A DNA stretch of 64,000 bases from the NCBI GenBank assembly GCA_965262715.1, contig OZ253553.1, positions 736,001-800,000 of the forward strand, read 5' to 3'. Made by a program: the position numbers and the translations under genes. Positions 1 through 9,510 of this stretch are shown one piece after another. Positions within the stretch are counted from its first letter, which is position 1. Every line of letters begins with the position of its first letter. The notes beneath the pieces were generated by a model, which was not told the DNA's origin, made no database searches, and saw nothing but the letters and a program-made list of their open reading frames with translations. This DNA comes from Bdellovibrionales bacterium (GTDB lineage: Bacteria; Bdellovibrionota; Bdellovibrionia; Bdellovibrionales; JAUICD01).

Positions 1-256
1 TTTTTTAGTGATGGTCATTAGTAGGGAAATACACCAAAAACATCAATGATTTTAAGGGTACACCACTGTAACTTATGTACGTAAGTTACAGTGCTAAGTA
101 GTTGAAATCATTAGAATACTAGACGGCCTAGTCTAGTATTAAGACAACATTTAAGTTCAGAAAATAATAAAAACGTTGAATATTGATAAATAGTTTGTAT
201 CTAAGCAGAACAACTCCTTATATTTTCATTTTAACGAGAAAAAAACTCAAGGAAAT

Positions 257-404
257 TTTCCTTAACATTTTGTAAAAAAATAAAAAGTATCTTCTTACTA
301 AAAAATAAACATGCTTTTGAGGTAGTCAGCTTTTTGCTGAAGGTGTAACCCTTCAGGCTGACTACCCAAAAGTGGTCAGAGACCAGTTTATTTTTAGTGA
401 AACA
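257..404 (+). repeat. Family-1 structured intergenic element (second copy at 688-835)
   Basis: TTTCCTTAACAT...CTAAAAAATAAAC...GGTAGTCAGC-bulge-CTGAAGG(TGTAAC)CCTTCAG-GCTGACTACC...TGGTC-AGA-GACCA-GTTTATTTTTAGTGAAACA. Confidence 0.9.
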
Positions 405-491
405 ACATATTGATAAAACATCTGTCTCTCAACAGGACAACTTTAAGTTTATTGGTAATTTGTTAAAGAGTAACCAAGTTTTCAGAAACAA

Positions 492-639
492 TTTCCTTAA
501 CATCATGTAAAAAAATGAAGAGAATCTCTTTCCTAAAAGTGAACAGGTTTTTGAGACAATCAGCATTTTCTTGAAGATGTAAGTCTTCAGGCTGATTGTC
601 CAAAAATGGCCAGAGGCCAGTTCATTTTTAGGGAAACAG
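492..639 (+). repeat. Family-1 structured element (second copy at 923-1070)
   Basis: Same layout with covarying stems GACAATCAGC/GCTGATTGTC and TGGCC-AGA-GGCCA. Confidence 0.9.
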
Positions 640-1118
640 AACAACTCCTTATATTTTCATTTTAACGAGAAAAAAACTCAAGGAAATTTTCCTTAACATT
701 TTGTAAAAAAATAAAAAGTATCTTCTTACTAAAAAATAAACATGCTTTTGAGGTAGTCAGCTTTTTGCTGAAGGTGTAACCCTTCAGGCTGACTACCCAA
801 AAGTGGTCAGAGACCAGTTTATTTTTAGTGAAACAACATATTGATAAAACATCTGTCTCTCAACAGGACAACTTTAAGTTTATTGGTAATTTGTTAAAGA
901 GTAACCAAGTTTTCAGAAACAATTTCCTTAACATCATGTAAAAAAATGAAGAGAATCTCTTTCCTAAAAGTGAACAGGTTTTTGAGACAATCAGCATTTT
1001 CTTGAAGATGTAAGTCTTCAGGCTGATTGTCCAAAAATGGCCAGAGGCCAGTTCATTTTTAGGGAAACAGAACAACTCCGTATATTTTCATTTTAGCGAG
1101 AAAAAAACTCAAGAAAAA

Positions 1119-1274
1119 TTTCCTTAACATTTTGTAAAAAAAATAAAAAGTATCTTCTTACTAAAAATAAACAGATGGCAAGCCTCTCGAGGCAAGCCTC
1201 TTTGAGGATTGCCCATGTGGATAAATGAGGTAGTCAGCTTTTTGCTGAAAGTGTAAACCTTCAGGGTGACTACT
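1119..1274 (+). repeat. Family-1 element, interrupted and truncated
   Basis: 5' end and P2 hairpin present; GCCTCTCGAGGC insert at 1177-1200; 3' end missing just before IS256. Confidence 0.75.
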
Positions 1275-1311
1275 TTTCAATAAGAATCTTTAGGTTTTTA
1301 CTCTAACAGGA

Positions 1312-2718
1312 GAGGTTGTCCCATAGATCGGTGAAATTTTCTTATAGGAATTAGAAGAAAGTAGAGCTCCCGGCTATCCTAAGTGGTCTAGCCGTTGTTT
1401 ACTGTTTTTATTTTATCAGGAAATAGATAACAGAAAGGAGCTATTATGAAGAGTAGTAAGAATGGTTATTCAATTCAAGTTTTATCATCTGAGTCAAATG
1501 AGATTCGAGAGATCCTAGAGCATCGCATGAGATCAATGGTTATTAATATGATCCATGATTTCTTTGAGGATGAGTTATTATCACTGTGTGGTAAGCGTCA
1601 TGTTCGTGGTCGTGATACAAGATATTACAGAGCGGGTAGTGATTCTGGGAGTGTTCTTGCACAAGGTCAAAGGCTTCAGGTGAGGAAGCCTAGGGTGAAG
1701 GAGAAGGGAGGTTCTGATATTAAGCTGCGGTCTTATTCAGTGCTTCAAAAGTATGACATACTTTGTGATAAAGTTTTGAGTCATGCTATGAGAGGGGTAT
1801 CTTGTCGTAATTACAATGAACTTCTTGATGATATTGTAGGAGGAACGGGTCTTTCTAAGAGTACAGTGAGCAGAGTCTTTAATAAGTCATCTAGGAAGTT
1901 TCTTGAATCTTTAAATGGTCGTGATCTGAGTAAGGATAAGTTTTCATCAATTATGATTGATGGTGTTGTTTTTGGATCAAGGACAGTGGTTGTAGCTCTT
2001 GGCATCACAGTTGAAGGTAAGAAGTTAGTTCTGGGTCTTAGAGAGGGTCATACAGAGAACTGGGAAGTTTGCAAGGACTTATTAGAGAGTTTAATAGCAA
2101 GAGGTCTTTGTTCAGATAAGCCTTACCTTTTTGTAATTGATGGTAGCAGATCTTTAAGGACAGCTATTAATAGAGTTTTTGGTAAGAGAGCAGTAGTTCA
2201 ACGCTGTATTCACCACAAGGAGAGGAATGTTTTAAGTTATTTACCTCAGGAACGTCATTTAGAGTTTAAGCGTCGCTGGAAGATGGTGCATGGTTTTAAT
2301 GATTATGATTCTTCTCAGAGAGAATACAATAAGTTACTGAGTTGGTTAAGCAGGATTAATTATGCAGCATTGGCTTCACTTAAGGAAGCAAAGGAGGAGA
2401 CACTGACAGTTATCAAGTTGAAGGTATCTCCACTGCTAAGGAGAACCTTATCTTCTACAAATCCTATTGAGTCTGCCTTTTCTATTGTAAGTGATAAAGT
2501 CAGCAGGGTTAAGAACTGGAGAAGTTCTCCAGATCAGGTTATGAGATGGGCTGCTGCTTCTTTAGTTGAAGCTGAAAAGAAGTTTAGAGCTATTAAAGGG
2601 TATAAAGATTTAAATACAATGGAAGAAAATTTAAACCTATTGACTAACAATAGAAACAGGCGTAGCAAAACATCAAGCTCTGCTTAACTTCAATTTCACC
2701 GAAACGTGGGACATCCTC
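1312..2718 (+). mobile_element. IS256-family insertion sequence
   Basis: Imperfect IRs GAGGTTGTCCCATAGATCGGTGAAATT / AATTTCACCGAAACGTGGGACATCCTC around the transposase; no matching target duplication seen. Confidence 0.9.
1446..2687 (+). CDS. IS256 (Mutator) family transposase
   Basis: Motifs IMIDG, VIDGS..L..AI, QRCIHHKERN, STNPIES. Confidence 0.93.
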   Translation: MKSSKNGYSIQVLSSESNEIREILEHRMRSMVINMIHDFFEDELLSLCGKRHVRGRDTRYYRAGSDSGSVLAQGQRLQVRKPRVKEKGGSDIKLRSYSVLQKYDILCDKVLSHAMRGVSCRNYNELLDDIVGGTGLSKSTVSRVFNKSSRKFLESLNGRDLSKDKFSSIMIDGVVFGSRTVVVALGITVEGKKLVLGLREGHTENWEVCKDLLESLIARGLCSDKPYLFVIDGSRSLRTAINRVFGKRAVVQRCIHHKERNVLSYLPQERHLEFKRRWKMVHGFNDYDSSQREYNKLLSWLSRINYAALASLKEAKEETLTVIKLKVSPLLRRTLSSTNPIESAFSIVSDKVSRVKNWRSSPDQVMRWAAASLVEAEKKFRAIKGYKDLNTMEENLNLLTNNRNRRSKTSSSA

Positions 2719-2832
2719 ATAGGAAATGGAGATCGCCATTATCTTTACATGAGGATTGGGTATCTAAAGGGGTTTTTTCAAGGGATGATCTTGGGCAAAT
2801 TTCTCAATATCTTATAAACTTCACTCCCTATT
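2257..2832. repeat. 576-bp direct repeat, left copy (right copy 4783-5358), flanking IS1634
   Basis: Both copies abut the IS1634 IRs exactly; one difference seen (T2492 vs A5018). Confidence 0.93.
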
Positions 2833-4782
2833 CCTGAGTTTGGCAGTTGAAAAAATAAAGTTAAGTAATTTTAATTACTTAAAGGCACATTGAGATTTTG
2901 TGCCACTAGGTTTTTGTTTTTTAGTGTGGTTTTTAAGAAAAGTAAATTGCAGTAATGAAGTTATTCTACTTTAAGTTGTTTAGAAGGTATCTTAACTCCT
3001 ATAGCTTTAAATACATCAGCATTGTTACCGTTAATGTCTGTTCTGATCCAAATAGTTTTGTCTTTATATCTGACAGGTATAGCTCGTACTTCTTTCAGCT
3101 TTAACATAGCCTCTGCTACACTTAATGGTCTTGGCTTTATTCTCTTGCCTGTGGTCGCATTATCTTTTAATGTGATCTTTTTTTGATCTAACTTCTTAGC
3201 ACAATAAGCCTCACATAAATAAGATAGAAAACATACAACTAAATGTCCTAATATTCTCTTGTCTGTCCAGTGGAACATAGGACGTGTCTTTAATGTACCC
3301 TTCAACTCTCTAAATGAATTCTCTACCTTCCATAACTGCTTATAGTTCATTATAATCTCTTCAGAGCTTAAATCTGTATTTGTAATTATTCCAAAAAAAC
3401 CATCTGTCTTTTCTGACTCATTTATAGCTGACTTATTTAAAGTAGGCTTGCCTTTACTCTTAGGATGAGTGATGTATTTCTTATAATTACTATTAGATAA
3501 AAAAGATCTTGTGCTTATGGACTTCTTTGATAATTGAGCTTCTATCTTAGATAGAATATCTTCTCTTACTTTCTTATCTCGTTCTGCTCTCTTTCTTGAC
3601 CATGTAATTATACAACGATCATTATTATAGCTCGTCTCGTATATAGCTAAATCTTCATTTATAAATTTAAAATTCTTTATACTATATATCTCTTCATGAC
3701 GATCCTTTAATAAACCTAGCTTTAATCCTACTATAAATTCATCTCCCTTTGCTTTTAGAGATTGGAGATTCTTATTAGAAAATAAACCTCTATCTCCTAC
3801 TAATATAAATCTTCTGATCTTAAACTTCTTCTTTAACTTTGTCATAACTGAAGGTATTGTTTTACCTTCAAAGGTATTCCCGGGATAAACATCAAATCCT
3901 AAGGGCATACCTTCTGTATCTACTAAAAGTCCAAATACCACCTGGGTACAATCACTTCTTTTCTCTTTGCTATAACCAAATCTCCGAAGATTATCTAAAT
4001 CCTCACGGGTGCTCTCAAACCTCAATGTCGTTAAATCATACAAAATAACATCACACTCATTGAAAAAACTTAACTGAGACTTACCTCGCATATAAAGACT
4101 CTTCTCTATATCTTCCTTATGGTGAGATAGAATATCTAAAGAACGATAAATATCATCGATCTTAAGATCCTTCTCTAAAAAATCAGGGTAAAATAACTGT
4201 TGCCAATGTGAATATAATTTCAGCTTAGAACATGGCTCTATGAATCGATTTACAACTAATGTAAAAACTACCTTCATAAGATCAAATGCAACTTTAGGAT
4301 GTCGCTTCTGTATATCTTTTAGTAATTCATACAAACCCAATTGCTTAAATAGGGTATCTATAATAAGTAAGGGACCTAATATAAAAGTGTTCTGTACATC
4401 AATCTCTTTAGCTATTTGACTGGCAGATACAACATCTAAATGACGGCTTAGAAGAGCAAGAAGATCTTCTAGTCGAGCATCTTTAGCTCGGCCTAAAGAC
4501 ATGAGGGTTCTATGGTTACTTTTACCATCTTTCCAATAGCTTTCAGCTATGTGATAGTAAGCTTGGCCTCTGGAGTTTTTTGTCTTCTTTATGAACATAG
4601 AGATATACTAGGATAAAAATATAAAAAATCAAGTAAAATAAGTATATAATGCAGTGTATAATAATAAGTTGTTTCACTAGGACTTTTGACCAAAACTCAA
4701 ACCCAATAACCCCTAACTACTATAAATAAAGCATTCTTTAAAAAAAATGTTCCGAAAATTAAAATTAACTGCCAAACTCAGG
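2833..4782 (-). mobile_element. IS1634-family insertion sequence
   Basis: Perfect 16-bp IRs CCTGAGTTTGGCAGTT / AACTGCCAAACTCAGG. Confidence 0.93.
2961..4598 (-). CDS. IS1634 family transposase
   Basis: N-terminus MFIKKTK..Y.HIAESYWKDGK; YDLTTLRFE, FGYSKEKR, VGDRG, VENSFRELK, RPMFHW. Confidence 0.93.
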   Translation of the reverse strand: MFIKKTKNSRGQAYYHIAESYWKDGKSNHRTLMSLGRAKDARLEDLLALLSRHLDVVSASQIAKEIDVQNTFILGPLLIIDTLFKQLGLYELLKDIQKRHPKVAFDLMKVVFTLVVNRFIEPCSKLKLYSHWQQLFYPDFLEKDLKIDDIYRSLDILSHHKEDIEKSLYMRGKSQLSFFNECDVILYDLTTLRFESTREDLDNLRRFGYSKEKRSDCTQVVFGLLVDTEGMPLGFDVYPGNTFEGKTIPSVMTKLKKKFKIRRFILVGDRGLFSNKNLQSLKAKGDEFIVGLKLGLLKDRHEEIYSIKNFKFINEDLAIYETSYNNDRCIITWSRKRAERDKKVREDILSKIEAQLSKKSISTRSFLSNSNYKKYITHPKSKGKPTLNKSAINESEKTDGFFGIITNTDLSSEEIIMNYKQLWKVENSFRELKGTLKTRPMFHWTDKRILGHLVVCFLSYLCEAYCAKKLDQKKITLKDNATTGKRIKPRPLSVAEAMLKLKEVRAIPVRYKDKTIWIRTDINGNNADVFKAIGVKIPSKQLKVE

Positions 4783-5244
4783 ATTTAGAGTTTAAGCGTC
4801 GCTGGAAGATGGTGCATGGTTTTAATGATTATGATTCTTCTCAGAGAGAATACAATAAGTTACTGAGTTGGTTAAGCAGGATTAATTATGCAGCATTGGC
4901 TTCACTTAAGGAAGCAAAGGAGGAGACACTGACAGTTATCAAGTTGAAGGTATCTCCACTGCTAAGGAGAACCTTATCTTCTACAAATCCTATTGAGTCT
5001 GCCTTTTCTATTGTAAGAGATAAAGTCAGCAGGGTTAAGAACTGGAGAAGTTCTCCAGATCAGGTTATGAGATGGGCTGCTGCTTCTTTAGTTGAAGCTG
5101 AAAAGAAGTTTAGAGCTATTAAAGGGTATAAAGATTTAAATACAATGGAAGAAAATTTAAACCTATTGACTAACAATAGAAACAGGCGTAGCAAAACATC
5201 AAGCTCTGCTTAACTTCAATTTCACCGAAACGTGGGACATCCTC
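4783..5244 (+). pseudogene. Duplicated 3' fragment of the IS256 transposase plus its right IR
   Basis: Copy of 2257-2718 inside the long direct repeat. Confidence 0.92.
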
Positions 5245-5870
5245 ATAGGAAATGGAGATCGCCATTATCTTTACATGAGGATTGGGTATCTAAAGGGGTT
5301 TTTTCAAGGGATGATCTTGGGCAAATTTCTCAATATCTTATAAACTTCACTCCCTATTTTTTTAATTTATCTGAGTTCGACATAGCCAATAAAGCAATCA
5401 AGAGGATAAAACCAATTTTATATACATTTGATCAGATTTGGTCTTTGAATAAGCTTAAAGGTTTGGAGGAAAAGAAAGCAGCTTTACACAAGATTCTATT
5501 GTCAGTAAAAAAAGACTTAAAAGGAGAAGAAAAAGAGTATATAATAAATGTGTTATTAGGTATAAAGAACTATCTTCTTCAATATAACCCAGAGCTAGGT
5601 GAGGGGCTTTTAGAAGAGGTTTCAAAAGAGATCACAAAGGAATTAAGAGGAGAGAATATCATGAAAGAGCTTGATTTAACTATAGCAGAAATTGTTCGAA
5701 AAAACTGTCAAGACTGGAAACAGGAGGGAAGGCAGGAAGGCCTGCAAAAAGGAAAACAGGAGGGAAGGCAGGAAGTGATATTAAAACTACTCAAAGCTGA
5801 TATGAGTGTAGAGAAGGTATCTGAAATAACCGGTCTTTCAAAACAGGAAATCCGTAATTTTCAAGGATGA
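5245..5870 (+). pseudogene. 5'-truncated Rpn/YhgA-like (recombination-promoting nuclease family) gene
   Basis: C-terminal EGRQEGLQKGKQEGRQE repeats and MSVEKVSEITGLS HTH-like tail; the N-terminal nuclease region is replaced by IS256. Confidence 0.75.
5661..5870 (+). CDS. Candidate internally initiated small Rpn C-terminal protein (RpnS-like, 69 aa)
   Basis: In-frame ATG at 5661 preceded by AGAGGAG Shine-Dalgarno sequence. Confidence 0.5.
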   Translation: MKELDLTIAEIVRKNCQDWKQEGRQEGLQKGKQEGRQEVILKLLKADMSVEKVSEITGLSKQEIRNFQG

Positions 5871-5879
5871 ATCTTACAT

Positions 5880-5940
5880 TATATAACTTTTAAAAATATC
5901 TATAACCATAAAAAAGTTGCACTTGCAATTTGAAGTTACA
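5880..5940 (+). mobile_element. Solo IS30-type right end
   Basis: Matches 53275-53335 (…GTTGCACTT.C.ATTTGAAGTTACA). Confidence 0.8.
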
Positions 5941-5943
5941 TTT

Positions 5944-6543
5944 TTACTTTCTTGCAAAAATTATAAGTTCTAAAAAAGATCCTGCATCTGCTTTTCTTAA
6001 AGCAGTAAGGTATAATTTACGGACTTTACTTTCTATATCAATAGATGAGTGATTAAAACTCTCCCCCCATGTAAAGGGTTCTTGATCATTTGTTTTTAAT
6101 AATATGTCAGTCATTAATCTAGCATGTCTTCCATTACCATTTGGAAAAGTATGAATTAAAACTAACTTATGATGAAATCGAACAGCCAACTCATCCCATT
6201 CGTAAGTTTTATTTTTGATCCAATATTTTGTATTTTCAAATAGATCTTTTAGCTTCATTGGTATTTGTGAAAAATCTACACCAATATTTTTATTTGTTTT
6301 TCTTTGTGTGCCTGCCCATTTCCATACTTGATAAAACATTCTTTTGTGAAGAGAGTTATTAAATGTGATGTTAAGTATGTCTGAATGTTTCTTATGGTAG
6401 GCCCATTCAATAGTTTCTGTAATATTATTGTGTTCTAATAAGTTTAATTCCTTTTGAGTTGTAATATAGTCAGGAATAAGATATTTTATTTCATTTGGAT
6501 CAAGTGGCGTTGATCCATATGGATATGTTGGCTTGAAGTACAC
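5944..6543 (-). CDS. Mobile mystery protein B (Fic domain)
   Basis: Fic motif HTFPNGNGRHARL; G.TPLDP.E N-terminus; paired with an XRE gene. Confidence 0.9.
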   Translation of the reverse strand: MYFKPTYPYGSTPLDPNEIKYLIPDYITTQKELNLLEHNNITETIEWAYHKKHSDILNITFNNSLHKRMFYQVWKWAGTQRKTNKNIGVDFSQIPMKLKDLFENTKYWIKNKTYEWDELAVRFHHKLVLIHTFPNGNGRHARLMTDILLKTNDQEPFTWGESFNHSSIDIESKVRKLYLTALRKADAGSFLELIIFARK

Positions 6544-6545
6544 TG

Positions 6546-7046
6546 CTATTTAGCCTTTTTATTCTGAAAAGTTTCCCATAGACGGGAATTCATTTTTGAT
6601 TTTAGTTGAGAAGCTAATTGAGAAATTTGCTTTTTTGTTTCTTTAGTAGAGATACCTTGAGATTCAAGTTTCATATTGTGTCCTGCTTTTTTTACTAAAT
6701 AATTAGCGAGAGTATTTGCTTGTTGGTTTATAATTTCATTGAGGTTATTAAACCCTGTTTTAGGAACAATTGCGTAAATGAATTGGCAGTTCATTGCTTT
6801 GGCAGCTTTAGCAAGAGATTCAATAGTAGCCTTCCCTTGAACTTCACGTTTTTCAAGTCGTAAAACTGATGAATGTCGAACTCCAAGTCTGTCTGCTAGT
6901 TGACGTGTATTCAGTCCTAAAGAGCCTCGAATAGCCTTCAGCCAGCCATTTAGTGGTATCTTCTCCCCTCTTAACTTTTTCCAAGGTCGTATTTTATTTT
7001 CCATAAGATATCTCTGATTTTGTTTTTTTCTCTGATAAAGCTTCAT
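6546..7046 (-). CDS. Mobile mystery protein A (XRE HTH)
   Basis: GWLKAIRGSLGLNTRQLADRLGV, HNMKLESQ; start reassigned to ATG 7046. Confidence 0.88.
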   Translation of the reverse strand: MKLYQRKKQNQRYLMENKIRPWKKLRGEKIPLNGWLKAIRGSLGLNTRQLADRLGVRHSSVLRLEKREVQGKATIESLAKAAKAMNCQFIYAIVPKTGFNNLNEIINQQANTLANYLVKKAGHNMKLESQGISTKETKKQISQLASQLKSKMNSRLWETFQNKKAK

Positions 7047-7052
7047 GTTATT

Positions 7053-7105
7053 ATTGTGCCTTATAAAGCACAATGTGTAAAGAAAAAAGTGCCTTATAGA
7101 GCACA
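7053..7105. promoter_or_regulatory. Paired palindromic operators upstream of mobile mystery A
   Basis: ATTGTGC-CTTATAAA-GCACAAT and GTGC-CTTATAGA-GCAC. Confidence 0.65.
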
Positions 7106-7473
7106 GATATATAAACACTTTTTATATATAGACAATGTAAATAATGTTTACGTGGTTTACATAGAAGTTAACCTTTAGGATTCTGGGTTTTTTTCTATAG
7201 GAATTGATGTAGGACTTTTGTTTGAAAGTAAAAACAAATGATTTATTGATTAAATCTATGGTCTGGGTCTATTTTTTAAATACTATTTTTTGAATATTTA
7301 TATCTTATGAAAAGAGAACTGAGGTGTACCCTTTATTTGGAGGATCCGTTCCATATTTTACTCACTGCTGAGATTCCCATTGTTGTTAATTCTACAAAAT
7401 AAATTAACGTTGATTCTAAATTAGTAAAAAAGGAAAGTTATATTCATAAAATTTTAGGTTAAGACAATCTGTT

Positions 7474-8511
7474 TTAATCATATAAATCGGTTGTCATTAT
7501 CAAATCTTCTATGATTTCTATGCTTCTTTGTATGTTTCGAACTGCTTTTGTTCTATTTTTTTCTGATGCGGGACCAAGTCCTAATCTTGCTAACCAAGAA
7601 TCAAATACACCAGGTTGTTCAAAAATTGTATTTCTTTGTGTAAATAACTCTGTGGTCAAAGAATTGTTTAAAAGACTATTAAGATCAATCTGTGGATATT
7701 CAGATATAATTTCTTTTTGTATTTCGGTTATCACTCTTTCATCCATAATTGAGGTTGCTGTTTCTTCATGTTCACGTTTTAAATCGCAGTGGCCTAACTC
7801 GTGAAATAGAGTTAACTGTCTTAAAAAATAGTCTCTTGCATATCTTTCTTCGTCAGATAAGCTTGCCTCCTTTTGCTCTTCTATTCCTATAGTTAATCGC
7901 TTAACTCTATTTCTTGCTTCTGTATCAAAGGAGAGGTATGGTTGTAAATGTTCATTTGGTATCACTTGTGATAATCTTTCTAGTAATATGTCATCTTCTA
8001 TTGATGATGGATTTTGTCTGCGTTCCTCAATAACTTGATCTAATATAGAAAATGTTTCATGTGTGATATTAACAAAATAATTACTCCACAGTCTGTTATT
8101 TATAAATATGAAGCCAAAAAAGTAAAAACAGAATCTTTCAGTCAATCGATACTCATGATCAATAGATAATTTTGAACCATCATAAAAAAAGATCCTTATA
8201 TTTTGATCTATAGGTGAACCTTTAAGTCTCTCATAGTCTTCAATGTAAGGTAAAAAGTCATTAGCAATTTCTATTTCTTGAAGACTTCTTATTAAGTTTG
8301 AGTTTTCTATAAGTACAGACTGTACTTCAGGTAAAACAAATCGATACTCAGCATCTTTGGAGTGATTTATTAAAATTGGTTCTAAATGCGCATATTCATC
8401 AAGAGTAGGAGGAACTTGATACGCATACAAAGTGGTTGTTAGAAAAGTTAGAGCTATGAAAAAGCCATACAGCTGTGTATCTTTAAAAAAAGAATTTTTT
8501 ATTATACTCAT
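7474..8511 (-). CDS. Secreted putative zinc metallopeptidase (HEXXH)
   Basis: Signal-like N-terminus; FHELGHCDL.R.H…SIM; paralog of 41322-42059. Confidence 0.65.
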   Translation of the reverse strand: MSIIKNSFFKDTQLYGFFIALTFLTTTLYAYQVPPTLDEYAHLEPILINHSKDAEYRFVLPEVQSVLIENSNLIRSLQEIEIANDFLPYIEDYERLKGSPIDQNIRIFFYDGSKLSIDHEYRLTERFCFYFFGFIFINNRLWSNYFVNITHETFSILDQVIEERRQNPSSIEDDILLERLSQVIPNEHLQPYLSFDTEARNRVKRLTIGIEEQKEASLSDEERYARDYFLRQLTLFHELGHCDLKREHEETATSIMDERVITEIQKEIISEYPQIDLNSLLNNSLTTELFTQRNTIFEQPGVFDSWLARLGLGPASEKNRTKAVRNIQRSIEIIEDLIMTTDLYD

Positions 8512-8745
8512 ATCATACGATCCTCTTTAATTCTATGTTACTAAATTGCTTCATAAAAATCTTTTTCAAAAAAATGTAACCTTTTTGAGATTATTGTTAA
8601 AGGGTTTTATGAAGTTTCTGCAAAAAATAAGTGTATTTTTTTATACCTTTTTGTAAATTTTACAATTATTTATTTAGAACTTTGAAGAAGTTTTCTATTA
8701 TGATATCATCAGTAAAATTTAAAATAATTTATTAAGGAGGTTATT

Positions 8746-9204
8746 GTGAAGTCCAAATCAATACTTTTAATGGGTTTATTTGTTTTTGCTTGTTTTTCTG
8801 TATATACTCAAGCTCAAGAAAATGAACAACATAAAATTACTTTTCTTCCTGTTTCTGTTAGTAGTGATTCAAATTTGAGTCTTTCAGAGAGAATGAAACT
8901 TCATAGGTTAGCAGAGGCATGGTATAAATTTCAACATAGTACTGTGATTTGTACTGCAAATAGATATGAAATAACTTGCGAAGGTACAATTAACGAAGAA
9001 TCAGCTGTAGATGAAATACTATATAGAGAGGAACTAGCATCACGTGCTGTTTTTGGGCCGGATACAGAATTACGTGTAATTTTCACAGAGAGAATTGGTG
9101 ATTTATTTTGTTATTCTCTAAAACGCAATCATGATAATTATTCTTTTGAATCAGATTTTTATATATTAAGAGGACCTGCAGTATCTTGTGTATCAATTGA
9201 TTAA
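8746..9204 (+). CDS. Secreted hypothetical protein
   Basis: AAGGAGG RBS, GTG start, signal peptide ending TQA. Confidence 0.8.
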   Translation: MKSKSILLMGLFVFACFSVYTQAQENEQHKITFLPVSVSSDSNLSLSERMKLHRLAEAWYKFQHSTVICTANRYEITCEGTINEESAVDEILYREELASRAVFGPDTELRVIFTERIGDLFCYSLKRNHDNYSFESDFYILRGPAVSCVSID

Positions 9205-9285
9205 TACCTTTTGAAAGGCATTGATTAGTATGGAGTGATATATTTTTACACAAAAAGAAAAATTCTTATGAAATAATCAATTTTT

Positions 9286-9368
9286 ATATTTTTATTTGTT
9301 TTTCTTTGTGTGCCTGCCCATTTCTACACTTGATAAAATATTCTTTTATGAAGAGAGTTATTAAATGT
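9286..9368 (-). pseudogene. 83-bp copy of an internal segment of the Fic gene (6284-6366)
   Basis: Direct alignment with about 4 mismatches. Confidence 0.85.
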
Positions 9369-9510
9369 AAAGTGTAGAAAGTTTGGGAAGGGATATCATG
9401 ATAGAATCCTATCAAAGATTACCCTCATTTATGCGCTGCATAAAATCCCCCACAATTTAGAGTAGTTTTTCACTTGTTTTTAAAAACTTTATAAGGTTAT
9501 ATTAGATCAA

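Larger units (their letters stand above)
206..1173. repeat. 431-bp tandem duplication (two apparently identical units plus a diverged partial third)
   Basis: CAGAACAACTCC recurs at 206, 637 and 1068; the identical spurious ORFs at 429 and 860 are 431 bp apart. Confidence 0.95.

Noticed and set aside
64..93. Chromosomal dif site
   Set aside because: Lacks the XerD-arm consensus TTATGTTAAAT
257..404. Hammerhead ribozyme or known riboswitch identity for family 1
   Set aside because: No CUGANGA/GAAA core at the junction and no recognisable aptamer consensus
429..1075. Two identical 71-aa ORFs
   Set aside because: They are antisense translations of the family-1 repeat with no RBS or protein features
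206..1274. CRISPR array
   Set aside because: Repeats are ~150 bp and divergent, spacers are duplicated, and no cas genes are present; better explained as clustered family-1 elements plus a tandem duplication, which could itself be an assembly artefact
5232..5244. GTG start of the 212-aa ORF
   Set aside because: It lies inside the IS256 inverted repeat, so it is a fusion artefact
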